Notes: a model not told the origin generated them from the letters alone. A stretch of DNA of 64,000 bases from Candidatus Obscuribacteraceae bacterium (GCA_044229845.1 JBGASG010000006.1:32001-96000), one strand, 5' to 3'; shown: positions 40,977 through 51,135, numbered from the stretch's first letter. Numbers and translations: made by a program.

Positions 40977-41347
40977 GCAAGATAAAAGGATGATTTCAAC
41001 CACCCGAAACGCGCACCACTGGCGGTGTTACACGGTTTCGCCAATGGTATCCGCGAATGCCGCATGCCTAGATGGGAAGCCCTGTCTGACTCGAACGGCA
41101 TTCGCGCATCGGTAGCGCGTTTCCGGCATCTCTTCGGAGTCTTTCTCATTCTGTCGTGGCATCGGTTTGGGCTCAGAGAATTAGCGGATTTCACTTCCAG
41201 ACGCATGTTCCTAGCTGACCCTATATGTGGTGGCATTGTGGAACAACGCGCCCCAGTGCGCGTCACTGGCTACTGACGAGCTAACTTCGCTCGAACACCT
41301 CACTCTCCGTGAGGCATGGCAAGCCGCAGGCTTGCTTCAACAATTGC
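40977..41347 (+). repeat. Conserved non-coding block (oriT-like), cut by IS66
   Basis: Inverted near-copy at 44360-44730; related blocks at 53220-53361 and 58570-58931. Confidence 0.8.
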
Positions 41348-41402
41348 GTGTGCGTCCGGTAGTCCACGTCGTTGGCAATTTTGCGTCGCCGTGGTTTGCT
41401 AA

Positions 41403-41915
41403 TTGCACATGCGGCGCTGCCAGTTCGAAGCTGCGAAGAGCGCCTGCACTGAGAGTATGCGAGGGCAAGGCGTGGCACGAGCAAGAAAAGCGGATAGGCA
41501 CCAAGACGGCGACGTGCTCCTGACACGGAACGAAGCTGCCGAGTATCTCGGCGTCTCTCCCAATACGTTGGCGATCTGGAGTTGCACGGGGCGGTATGAC
41601 TTACCCTTCGTGAAGGTCGGGCGGCTTGCAAAATACCAGAGGTCAACTCTCGATCAGTTCTTGCAGCGCCGCACCAAGCACTGGAACGGGACGGAAACGG
41701 GACGCGCGGACCGTCCTTCCAAGCCCCGCGAGGTTCGGTCTCAGGAAGTCGAATTCCGTGAGGTGCGGCTGGTCGATCCTCGCAGGACCGACATCGTACC
41801 GTCATCCAGCAGCGTGTTGGAGATCGTTCTACCAAGTGGTATCACTCTTCGACTACCGGGAGGATCTTCTCCAGACTTCCTTGCTTCGGTAATCGCTACA
41901 TTGGAGAAAGCGTAG
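41403..41915 (+). CDS. IS66 TnpA-like protein with an excisionase-type HTH
   Basis: LLTRNEAAEYLGVSPNTL..W; C-terminal LEIVLPSGITLRL. Confidence 0.7.
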   Translation: MHMRRCQFEAAKSACTESMRGQGVARARKADRHQDGDVLLTRNEAAEYLGVSPNTLAIWSCTGRYDLPFVKVGRLAKYQRSTLDQFLQRRTKHWNGTETGRADRPSKPREVRSQEVEFREVRLVDPRRTDIVPSSSSVLEIVLPSGITLRLPGGSSPDFLASVIATLEKA

Positions 41916-42322
41916 TGTTTAATTTGTCACCATCGGTGCGGATTTTCGTTTGCACAAAGCCTATCGACATGAGGCGTTCGTTCGACGGGCTATTCGGTCT
42001 TGTTCAATCGCTAGTGCATCAAGATCCATTTTCTGGATCGCTCTTTCTCTTCCGTAGTCGACGCGGCGACTTCATAAAAATTCTCTGGTGGGACCTCGAC
42101 GGCTTTGCCATTTTTGCCAAGCGCCTCGAAGTCGGAACATTTCGTTTTCCGGAAGTGCGGTTCGTGAACGGCGAGTATGAAGCAATCGAGATGGAACGAT
42201 CTGACCTTCTCCTGCTTCTAGAGGGCATCGACACCGATTCTGTGAAGAGATTGAAGCGCTACCGCCGGGAAAGCCCGGATCGAGCCAAAAGCGCCACCCC
42301 AAAAGTACCCGCCATGCGGTGA
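41915..42322 (+). CDS. tnpB: IS66 accessory protein TnpB
   Basis: PIDMRRSFDGL, KILWWDLDG, KRLEVGTF. Confidence 0.93.
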   Translation: MFNLSPSVRIFVCTKPIDMRRSFDGLFGLVQSLVHQDPFSGSLFLFRSRRGDFIKILWWDLDGFAIFAKRLEVGTFRFPEVRFVNGEYEAIEMERSDLLLLLEGIDTDSVKRLKRYRRESPDRAKSATPKVPAMR

Positions 42323-42405
42323 GCGATCAGACCAGTGCCACGGGCTGGTACTTTCGAGAAATGCGGAGTAAAACATAATAGAATTTTCCAAGACGCTGGC
42401 CGGCA

Positions 42406-44049
42406 ATGTCGCCACCATTGGCGGTGCAATACAGATCAGTCAGATCTAAGCTGCAAAATACGGTCCCGAGTAGTACCATATACGGTATCACTCAGGTATT
42501 TGCCGTGCCAAAATCCGAAGATTCCGAAAATACGCGCCTCAGAAAAGAAAATGCCCGGCTCCAAAAGTCGCTGGACCGCATGGAGAAGCAGCTCCAAGAA
42601 GCCAATGACGCCAACAAAGAGCTGCGCGCGCTCATGAAGGATCTCCAGGAAAAACTCGACATCCTTATCGTCCAATTCAAAAAACGGAATCGCAAGGACT
42701 TTGGCAACAAGACTGAACGACACAATCCGCGGCCGGCACTCGCTGTCGAATTGTCTCCTCTGACTGCTAAGGAAAAGTCGACTCCAAAACCACGCAATCA
42801 CATCAAGCACATTCTCTCGCAGAACCTTCCCCCTGAGATTGTTCCGCACACCGTTAAGCCGGAAGATGCAACCTGTCCCTACTGCATCGTTGACACCGTT
42901 TTCGTCGGCACCGAAGTGACCCACCAGTTGGAGCGCTTGACTCAAACGCTTAAACATCTGCAGCATGAGCAGGAAGTTCGGGCGTGCCCGAAGTGTAGGA
43001 AGTACATCGTCACCGCAGAAAAACCTTGTTCGCCAATTCCCGGCAGCTACGCCGGACCGGGACTGCTCGCGGACGTCTGTGTGAACAAACTTGCAGACGG
43101 GCTTCCAAACTACAGACAGGAGAAAAGATACAAACGCGAAAGTGCCACCATACCACGGTCCACTCAAAGTGATTGGATGCTGGCTGCCTCGTTTACTGTT
43201 GAGCCTCTGTACGATCTCGTTACTCGACGCCTGCTCCTTTCTCGCGTAATACAGACGGACGACAGCGAACTTAAGGTCCAGGACCGGAAGCACAAGCGAA
43301 AAATGCGCAAAGGCAAAATGACTGTTTACCGCGGGGATGAGAATCACAGGTTTGTAGCCTTCGATTTCTCTCCCGATCAAACCTTCGCCAGGAACATTGC
43401 ATTCCTCGAACAGTTTGTCGGCATCGTACAGGCCGACGCCGCAAAGGGCTTCGACAAGCTGTACGAGGATGGCACCAAAGTCGAGGCCGGTTGTAACGCC
43501 CATTCGCGCAGGAAGTACTACGAAGCGCTGGTGATTGATCCTCAAAGCTGCAACCCGATCCTGGACATCTATCACGCACTTTACGACATCGAAGCGGAGA
43601 TCAAGACACGGAGTCCTGCGGAGAAGCTGGCTGAGCGACAAGCACGATCGAAGCCACTCGTTGGGCAGCTTCACGCCCTGGTTCTCTCTCTTAGTGAGAA
43701 ATTGAACCCTAAACATCCAGTCATGCGCGCCGTCCTGTACACGCTCACTCACTGGCAGGCGCTCACTCGCTTTCTCGAAGATCCTGCCATCAATATCGAC
43801 AACAACGCCGCCGAGCGAGAAATCAAAGACTTCGTGATTGATCGAAAGAATTTCCTGTTCGCAGGCTCGGACGCTGGCGGTAAGTCGATTGCCATTCTCC
43901 TGACTCTCATTGCCTCTGCGAAGCGCAACAAGATCGACCCACGTGCATACCTCACCGACGTGTTTACGCGCATCAACTCCATGAAGACCAGCGAGCTTGA
44001 GCAGCTTCTTCCGGACCGGTGGACGCCAAACCAAAACAAAGTCTCCTGA
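42406..44049 (+). CDS. tnpC: IS66 transposase TnpC (start probably 42505)
   Basis: Coiled coil, zinc finger, QTDD, QAD, CNAHSRRKY, IDNNAAER, LLPDRW. Confidence 0.93.
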   Translation: MSPPLAVQYRSVRSKLQNTVPSSTIYGITQVFAVPKSEDSENTRLRKENARLQKSLDRMEKQLQEANDANKELRALMKDLQEKLDILIVQFKKRNRKDFGNKTERHNPRPALAVELSPLTAKEKSTPKPRNHIKHILSQNLPPEIVPHTVKPEDATCPYCIVDTVFVGTEVTHQLERLTQTLKHLQHEQEVRACPKCRKYIVTAEKPCSPIPGSYAGPGLLADVCVNKLADGLPNYRQEKRYKRESATIPRSTQSDWMLAASFTVEPLYDLVTRRLLLSRVIQTDDSELKVQDRKHKRKMRKGKMTVYRGDENHRFVAFDFSPDQTFARNIAFLEQFVGIVQADAAKGFDKLYEDGTKVEAGCNAHSRRKYYEALVIDPQSCNPILDIYHALYDIEAEIKTRSPAEKLAERQARSKPLVGQLHALVLSLSEKLNPKHPVMRAVLYTLTHWQALTRFLEDPAINIDNNAAEREIKDFVIDRKNFLFAGSDAGGKSIAILLTLIASAKRNKIDPRAYLTDVFTRINSMKTSELEQLLPDRWTPNQNKVS

Positions 44050-44115
44050 ATTTCGCTACCTCAGGAAACCACGCCCCACCTTAATTTCCTAGGACGTGAA
44101 GAACCGGACGCACAC

Positions 44116-44328
44116 CAGCCAGCCAACAAACCGGTTCTCCATTCGCTGTAAGCGTCGTTCGACAAATTGAAACTGTGAGGTCGTGGTAGCCTCGGCGCGG
44201 ACAACTATCCCGTCAAGGACCAGGGCACGAATCATCTGGCATGGTTTGACTCCGTTCGTTTTCGCCAGGCGGAGGATTTCCTCTTCCATCTCGCGAGGGA
44301 AGCGGGTACAGTACTGGGTCTTTCGCAT
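44116..44328 (-). pseudogene. RHH/CopG-like gene truncated by IS66
   Basis: Homologous to 58164..58559 up to ..RFVGWL, where the IS end begins. Confidence 0.8.
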
Positions 44329-44779
44329 TCCTTACCTCGGAACACAAGCGCGGTTGCGCGTAATTGTTGAAGCAAGCCTGCGGCTTGCATGCCCCACGGA
44401 GAGTGAGGTGTTCGAGCGAAGTTAGCTCGTCAGTAGCCAGTGACGTGCACGGGGGCGCGTTGTTCCAACAATGCCACCACATATAGAGTCAGTAAGCAAC
44501 ACGCACCTGGTTGTGGAATGGGCTAAATTCCTGAGCCTCCGTCTGTGTCGCGACAGAATGAGAAAGACTACGCAACGATGCCCAAAACGAGCCGCCAATG
44601 CGCGAATGCCGTTCATCGCAGACCGGCAGTACCATTGAGGTGTGCGGCATTCGCGGATAGCGTTGACGAAACCGTGTAACACCGCCGGTGGTGCACGTTT
44701 CGGGTGATTGAAATCATCCTTTTATCCTGCCTCGCCTGCACGCTCGGTGATCACTGCTCTTCGCACGAAATCTGTTTAG

Positions 44780-45466
44780 CTATAAAGAAAAACTTTCACT
44801 GAGTTGACTAGCTTCTTCCGGTGTGATCCATGGCGCGTTTTCTAAAATCAGCCGACGGCGAATTTTGTAAATCTTGGGCTCAGCCTGACGGATGCGTTTA
44901 ATGACCGATTCATCAACGGAAAGCAGCCGGTCGACGAGATCCGCAGCCTGGTTGTATTTGGCAAACTTGGGAGCAAGTCCGTGATTCGCCCCCTTTACCC
45001 AATCAGGAAATATAGACGGAACTCTCTTAACCCACCGGCGCTGGTACCAGGAAGCGATGCCCTCTTCCAACACGTTCGTCTCGGCTTTATCCCGTGGTGA
45101 TAAAAGATGTACGCATTCATGGCTTAATTGCCACAAGGCTTGAGGTCGGTCGTTCAGACAGTGGCGACTGAGGCGAATCATTAGATACTTATGCCTTCCG
45201 TGTCGTCCTGTTCCCCATATCTGCATGTGCGGCGTATCCGAATCAAAATTTATCCCAGCGAACATAAACGGATAGGGGTCTAATTTCGAGCCAAAAATAG
45301 TTTCTGCTTCTTCCAGCATCACGCACAAGAAGGTCGCGAAAACATCGCTGCTCAAATTTCTCGCTCGCACCTGATGCCTAATATACGCATACGGGTCGTC
45401 GACCAAACGATTCATTGCAAATGACATCCTCCGTCCATCGTTCCCAACCTGACAGTGTACGACCAA
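44780..45466 (-). CDS. Putative HExxH metallopeptidase (ImmA/IrrE-like)
   Basis: WQLSHECVHLL...EEG. Confidence 0.6.
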   Translation of the reverse strand: MVVHCQVGNDGRRMSFAMNRLVDDPYAYIRHQVRARNLSSDVFATFLCVMLEEAETIFGSKLDPYPFMFAGINFDSDTPHMQIWGTGRHGRHKYLMIRLSRHCLNDRPQALWQLSHECVHLLSPRDKAETNVLEEGIASWYQRRWVKRVPSIFPDWVKGANHGLAPKFAKYNQAADLVDRLLSVDESVIKRIRQAEPKIYKIRRRLILENAPWITPEEASQLSESFSL

Positions 45467-45604
45467 TTTCGTCTTCGCCGCTCTGTCTAGCTCTTGGCAG
45501 CGCGGGTCTGATCCTCTCTACGGGCGGCAATCAGTAAAACGCACAATTTTGTGTTTTGGCGGAGACCTTGGTTAAATGAGGTTGGAACGCAATCGCTGAC
45601 GAAC

Positions 45605-48600
45605 TCAAAATCGGGCATCGTTACCGCTAAGCCGCATGAGGTATTTGCTAACGGCAGTTCTGACAAGGATTTCAGCATGCTTGTTAATGCCGAACATACG
45701 ATTGCAATGCAGGTGCACAATGTCGGAGCAAATTTCAGTAACAGGCGTAGACAACTTGCCCTCTGCAGCAAGGGACAGAAGCCTGGAGCAATAAGGATCG
45801 ATTGCCTCACGAAACTGTTGTGATAACGCGATGATTTGGCGTTGGTTCGGCGCGCACCTATCAGTTACATCCGCATCGAGAACAGCTATTATGCTGGTCC
45901 AGCTGGATCTGCAGTCGGCGCTAACCGCACGAAAGTCGTCGGACGAAAATCCTTCCACTAGCATCTGCTTGCCTGTCGTATCGAAAAGTTGGAATGATTC
46001 CAAAATCGACTTCACGGTCGCTACCGCCGCTATCAACTTATTGGATTGCGGTGAGTTAAACAAATACTTGCACACTATCTCGCTGTCACAGTAAAAGATC
46101 GATTCAACCGCATCCAACGCCTCTGGCCCGCCGTAACGCTCCACTTCGCGGTCGTAGGTCTCAACTGAATACTTGGAACACACGCCAGAATAAACCAGAT
46201 CTGAGGCACGTTCGAAGAGAGCAGGTAGCGCCACGCTGCAAACATTGGACGGTTTAACATTGAAGCGCATTCGTAAATGGTCGCATCCATCTCGATAGCG
46301 AATGAAAAACCATTTCTCTACAATATTTGTGAAGAGCTTCGATTCAAGCAAATTCGAGAAGCGCTCCACGACTTCTTCTTGCAAAACATCTGCACATTCA
46401 AGGCGGAGGTAAATCCATTCGCTTCCAGGGGGACGGGTGTAGAGCGCTCTATCGACTGCGATGTTCCTTTTGCCGTTTCTGTCGGGAGTTGGTTGACCAT
46501 GAAGTTTTTTTCGAACAAAACTAGAAACGAATTCCGTGACATAGTGCTCGGTCCCGACGTCATGCCATGTGTGGGTGTTCAAATATTCGATGAGAAGCAG
46601 CTTTCTTTTGTCGCGCTCAGCTTGCTTGAATTCTCGTCGCAGAATAGCTAGGTCGGACGAATGAGAAAGATTCAGCAGAAGGGGGTTGTCATCGTCAAAG
46701 CTCTCGGCGAGCCAGACCAAGTCCGGGATCTGATAATCTGCTTTTGCTTTCTCAAAAGTTTCCTCAAAATGCTGATCGATGTTCACCATCGATTGAATGG
46801 ACCAGCGCGCTGAGGCCAAGATAAACCTTTCGAAGGTCACTCTCGGGAGATGCACCATTTGCTCCGCGCACCAGCCCCAATTGAATGAGCTGAGCGAGAA
46901 GCAATCTTGCCAAGCTACGTCTACAAGAAACCTGATCGTATCGGGAAGAAGCGCGCGTGACAATAAGTTTCTTGTGCGAAACAATAACCTCTGTCCTGTT
47001 CGTGACCACTGCGCAAAGAATTTGCCTGACTCAATTCCTATTTCAATTTCGGATAGCGGTACGCTTGTACTACCGTGAGACGGTAAGCAGCCTGAAGACG
47101 TGCTGAAATTACACTGAAATGAGGCAAGAGCGATGTTCAGCAGTCGGGCGTTCGCCGGCCAGTAGTTTGCATCGACGATTAGGTGATCATCAGCTGAATT
47201 TGCCTCACACTCGAATATTTCAGACAATGCGTTTGAGCCGGTCTCGCTGAACAGACGCGCGAATCTTCCCATCGCTCGCCCCGCTCCATCATCACCCACG
47301 CGGGGAGAGACTAATAGTTCGAACTTGCCATCGTCAATTTCCGACTGGGAATTGGCAACAATTTGAAAAAACAAATCGACCGACAGCGGCGCGGTTGACT
47401 CGTCTAGGTCAAAAATCGACAGACGCTGAAGATCTGTATCTGAAAGCTCAACGGGGTTACCTTTGCTGGTTTGCGCAAGTTCGAATAGAAAAGCTTCACG
47501 ACTCCAACGGTCGGTTGTGTCGGTCGCTACGTACCTCTCACCATACGGGGAACCCAGCCCGAAAGTGTCACTGATCAAAGATAGCAAAGGCACCACTCTG
47601 TCAACCTGGTAACGCTGTTCGAACGCTCGGAGGTATGGTGTCAATTTTTCGTTTTTAGTTGAGCTAATTTGCACGAGCAACCTGACCAAACGTGCCAGGT
47701 CTGCCGACAATTTGGAATTCAGGCGAGCGCTTTCAAGACGCATTTGGGTGTCTATTTGAAGCGCGTTATCGCTTTCGGAATACCCCGGAACCCGAGCCAT
47801 CAGGTCTAAATAATCTCTAGGCGACACCGGCTGATTGCGGGTTGCAGATTCTTGTATGTCACGGAGAGCGCCAACTACAGGCGGTGTCTCGACCGAATTC
47901 GCGCCAAAATACGATATTACGTAGTCACAGGGACTCTCGGTGTTCAGTGGAAACCGCAAGGTGGATATCAAAAATCCTTCTTCGATTAGCTCATCAACTA
48001 ATCCGTCAGAAACGCTGCTGGCGACGCCGAACGCGTTGGAGACAGACTCACTTAGTGTCTGGAAAGAGGCAGCATTGGAACGGCAGAGACTTAAAAGATA
48101 TCGCACTGGTTCTGTGGCTCTGATGTGTGTGGTCTGCTGCTGACCACTGGTCAAGTCGCGATTTGACCAAACTCGATTATCTTGGATTGCGATCTCCGGA
48201 TCGGTCACGTAAGACAGTTTTCGCCTAGACTGGCGGTCGGTTTCTAACTCTGAAATTACTGCGCCGAGGCAGGACATGTCCACTCTAAGCTTCGGCACGA
48301 CTTCTCCGGTACGCCTGATGCTGGTATCACTGCCAAAAGTCGCGAGGTCGACGCCTGCAAACAATCCGTACGGAGTTGGACGAGTCCCCATTCGTCTAAA
48401 ATACTTGAATGACTTATCAATAGCTTCTTCGCTGTCCTTTGTGGTGAATGCAAAATAGAGAGATGGGCTGCCTATTGCTAAGGCCGTTTCGAAAAGTTTC
48501 TGATGAGATTGGGGTGGTGAGCACATCATGCCGATTTCAAACGGCAGCAAAGGAGTGCGAACAAGCAAAGGTCCGACTTGTTCGTACTGAATGCTTGATG

Positions 48601-48622
48601 CGAATTTGAGATTCTGTCGCAT
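45605..48622 (-). CDS. lanB: Class I lanthipeptide dehydratase (glutamylation plus elimination domains)
   Basis: RPTPYGLFAG, GRF, LPRV; WFFIRY.D..HLR.RF, YDREVERYGG, HLHCNR. Confidence 0.9.
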   Translation of the reverse strand: MRQNLKFASSIQYEQVGPLLVRTPLLPFEIGMMCSPPQSHQKLFETALAIGSPSLYFAFTTKDSEEAIDKSFKYFRRMGTRPTPYGLFAGVDLATFGSDTSIRRTGEVVPKLRVDMSCLGAVISELETDRQSRRKLSYVTDPEIAIQDNRVWSNRDLTSGQQQTTHIRATEPVRYLLSLCRSNAASFQTLSESVSNAFGVASSVSDGLVDELIEEGFLISTLRFPLNTESPCDYVISYFGANSVETPPVVGALRDIQESATRNQPVSPRDYLDLMARVPGYSESDNALQIDTQMRLESARLNSKLSADLARLVRLLVQISSTKNEKLTPYLRAFEQRYQVDRVVPLLSLISDTFGLGSPYGERYVATDTTDRWSREAFLFELAQTSKGNPVELSDTDLQRLSIFDLDESTAPLSVDLFFQIVANSQSEIDDGKFELLVSPRVGDDGAGRAMGRFARLFSETGSNALSEIFECEANSADDHLIVDANYWPANARLLNIALASFQCNFSTSSGCLPSHGSTSVPLSEIEIGIESGKFFAQWSRTGQRLLFRTRNLLSRALLPDTIRFLVDVAWQDCFSLSSFNWGWCAEQMVHLPRVTFERFILASARWSIQSMVNIDQHFEETFEKAKADYQIPDLVWLAESFDDDNPLLLNLSHSSDLAILRREFKQAERDKRKLLLIEYLNTHTWHDVGTEHYVTEFVSSFVRKKLHGQPTPDRNGKRNIAVDRALYTRPPGSEWIYLRLECADVLQEEVVERFSNLLESKLFTNIVEKWFFIRYRDGCDHLRMRFNVKPSNVCSVALPALFERASDLVYSGVCSKYSVETYDREVERYGGPEALDAVESIFYCDSEIVCKYLFNSPQSNKLIAAVATVKSILESFQLFDTTGKQMLVEGFSSDDFRAVSADCRSSWTSIIAVLDADVTDRCAPNQRQIIALSQQFREAIDPYCSRLLSLAAEGKLSTPVTEICSDIVHLHCNRMFGINKHAEILVRTAVSKYLMRLSGNDARF

Positions 48623-48626
48623 GGCT

Positions 48627-49892
48627 TTATGACACCATCATTAGCCGATCCCACATCGGCTCTCTATTTGTTGTTGCTGCCAGCAAAGCCAATGCAACGC
48701 CAGAAGCGCCCGTTACAAAGCTGGGATCATCAACTAAGTTGTCCCCGAGGTCAGGCTCCCGAAATCCAAATTTGTATTCGGATCGAAATTCTTCTAATAG
48801 TCTATCGATCAGTGAAATGGAGTACATACTTGGTACCGATGTCTCATTGCAAAAGCGTAATGCTATTAGCAATCGCCCCGCGAGCCCGTGGCACAGTGTT
48901 GCTCCATTTTCCGAGTCAAGTATTCTCGGATTGGAAAGAAGTTTTTCAATCCCCATAATGGCGAAAGATTTGTGGTCTGCGCAAGACAATGCTTTTCCCG
49001 CTAACCAAATCGACCTCAGGACGCCGGGTCCACCGTAACACCAGCCGTCGTGACTCATTTCGCGAAAGTCTTGATTCCGTGGCACTTTATATGGCCATCT
49101 GATTGAATCTTCCGATTTGACCGCAAGACTTTGAAGCCAACAAGCGAGCATGTCGATCGTTTCGCAAAGGCCATCCGCATCGACTCCTTCAATGCGAGCA
49201 ATTGAGAGGGAAGCGAGCACGCCGGGCATGCCGTGAGCAAGCCCACAGTTGATTAGCCCACTTTCGTCCGCCACGCGATCAGATAGAAAGTTTGTGAGTT
49301 TTTGCGGCAAAAATGGACCTGGAAAACGCACGAGCTTGATAAGCGTGTCTACTGAGTGGACTAATACATTCTCAATCGAACCAGCCGAGCGCCTTGCTAT
49401 CAGATAACGCATCATTCCGCTCAATCCACTCACCACATCATAATCAGATTGGTCGATATTGGTCACAGCAGAGAGGTCCCGAATCTTTTTAGACCTCAAA
49501 AAACATTCGGAACTTATTTGCAAATCCGTGCTTTCCAAAAACCTCTTGTGTCGGTTCGGACCGTCGTGCAGCATGAGTGCCAACAGCCCCAGTTGCGACA
49601 ATCCTTTAGATAGTGCACCACTCCGACATGACACCGTGTGAAAAATCGCCGCAGAGAAGAACTTCTCCGCAAAGAATTCGTGTTCCCAATCCCCCCTAGT
49701 GTAATAAAGAAATTGATAGAGCACTGCCATAACAGCCAGGTCAAAGGGATTCACACGCCATTGGGTTCCGCGAGTCGAAATGATCGCGTGGTTGCCTGAT
49801 AGCCTGCGCAGACGGTCCGCGACTGATGAAGCTACGGCTATGGCTCGGTCAGCTTGTTCTCCCGAGCAAACACTTTTCCATTCAGCGTTCAT
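48627..49892 (-). CDS. lanC: Lanthionine cyclase
   Basis: YDVVSGLSG, GLAHG, GWCYG, LCHG Zn-ligand motifs. Confidence 0.9.
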   Translation of the reverse strand: MNAEWKSVCSGEQADRAIAVASSVADRLRRLSGNHAIISTRGTQWRVNPFDLAVMAVLYQFLYYTRGDWEHEFFAEKFFSAAIFHTVSCRSGALSKGLSQLGLLALMLHDGPNRHKRFLESTDLQISSECFLRSKKIRDLSAVTNIDQSDYDVVSGLSGMMRYLIARRSAGSIENVLVHSVDTLIKLVRFPGPFLPQKLTNFLSDRVADESGLINCGLAHGMPGVLASLSIARIEGVDADGLCETIDMLACWLQSLAVKSEDSIRWPYKVPRNQDFREMSHDGWCYGGPGVLRSIWLAGKALSCADHKSFAIMGIEKLLSNPRILDSENGATLCHGLAGRLLIALRFCNETSVPSMYSISLIDRLLEEFRSEYKFGFREPDLGDNLVDDPSFVTGASGVALALLAATTNREPMWDRLMMVS

Positions 49893-49916
49893 GTAAAAGC
49901 CGAGTCCATAATTGCC

Positions 49917-50273
49917 TCATACACGGGTGCACTTGACTGTCGAAGGTTTGGGTCCTGGACCTGGTCCTCCGCCTGGTCCTGGTCCTGGTCCTGGTCCTGG
50001 TCCCGGTCCTGGTCCTGGTCCTCCGCCTGGTCCTGGTCCAGGTCCCGGACGCTTTGTCTTTTTGCAACATCCTTTAGCACTATCCTTAGTGCAAGTTGCT
50101 GGTGTCGAACAAGGGTGTCCAGGCACTTTCGAAATTGGTGGACATCCTTTTGGAAAAAATCCACCGGGAGGTAGCCCGACCGCTGCGAGAGAATCGCTGC
50201 CTATGCCTGCCCTGTTCAATCTTTTTACTTGTATGTCGAACATGTCAGCCCTTGTGCTGTCGTTCGAACCCAC
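49917..50273 (-). CDS. Candidate lanthipeptide precursor with a (PG)n tract (start uncertain: 50243, 50273 or 50402)
   Basis: FDIQV resembles the class I FxLx leader motif; Cys/Ser/Thr-rich core; directly upstream of lanC. Confidence 0.7.
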   Translation of the reverse strand: MGSNDSTRADMFDIQVKRLNRAGIGSDSLAAVGLPPGGFFPKGCPPISKVPGHPCSTPATCTKDSAKGCCKKTKRPGPGPGPGGGPGPGPGPGPGPGPGPGGGPGPGPKPSTVKCTRV

Positions 50274-50398
50274 TCGCGTCAACTCAGTCTGATATGGAAA
50301 CACGCTGTTTAACAGACTGCCTCCCAATGTTAGGTTTAGAAAGCCGCAAGTTAAAGACCTGACCCACGAGGCAAAGCGTCCTCGCTGCGATTGTTTGT

Positions 50399-51006
50399 TC
50401 ATTTTGTGTTTACTCCGGAAATAGCAAGTGGAATGGGTATTTCTGATTTGACAGGGAAGGCGAGATCCGCCGAATCCACTGAGGATGTCGGTTCGGCAAC
50501 TTTTGGTTCAATGGCAGCTTCGGGATATCCGATGAGATTTCTGTCAGTCACGCGATCGGTTTCGGGACTTAGGAATGTTGCGTTTCTCGCGCTATACACT
50601 CTGCTTGACGTAAGTCCTAAACCACTTCGAGAGTGCACATAGTATCCAGCGTAGCCAAACTCAGGTTCTTGACCGCTCGACTGAAGTTTGATGGCGTTGC
50701 CATACGAATCGAACGCTTGCTGCAGTGCTATCTGTCCGCTTGTATTCGTCAGCTCTCTAACGGAAAGGTCAAGGTCCGCCGTGTAGTAGTAGTTACCCGC
50801 TGCGACCGCCTGCCCGTAAGCAAACAGATTGGTGGTCACAGAGCCCGACTGATCCCTGACTGCCGAGGGCTGAGTGTTGTCCGGACACCAAATCAGCTGT
50901 TTAGTGCTTGTGATACTGCTCGCCACCGTCTCGACGATCTTTACTGTCTTCCCGAACGGATCGACCGTTAATTTGGTGTCATTTCCCATTCCCTGATAAG
51001 TAATCT
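50399..51006 (-). pseudogene. Orphan, degenerate Rhs C-terminal cassette starting at the core
   Basis: ITY....VKIVETVASSITSTKQ, FGYAGYYVHSRSGL; lacks the DPxG end. Confidence 0.75.
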
Positions 51007-51135
51007 TTTCGAAAGCTGCGCATCGCCGGTGGTGCTATGGTGCACAGGACGCGGCAATCGGGCACGAACGATTGGTGTCCGATTTTCACTGCAGACGCAG
51101 TGTAGACGGCCCTCCGAAAGTGGCTTATCACGGAA

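Larger units (their letters stand above)
41348..44115 (+). mobile_element. IS66-family element
   Basis: Imperfect ~33-bp terminal inverted repeats beginning GTGTGCGTCCGGT; tnpA-tnpB-tnpC; flanks ACAATTGC and CAGCCAGC do not match. Confidence 0.9.

Noticed and set aside
41274..41300. CTGACGAG (CTGATGAG at 58656) resembling a hammerhead ribozyme core
   Set aside because: No correctly placed GAAA or stems; simple hairpins
42436..44034. 532-aa minus-strand ORF
   Set aside because: Antisense to the IS66 transposase
49854..50292. Alternative-frame repeat ORFs (WS, RT, DQ, GP)
   Set aside because: By-products of the hexamer repeat; only the PG frame on the minus strand has a leader-like motif and Cys/Ser/Thr core
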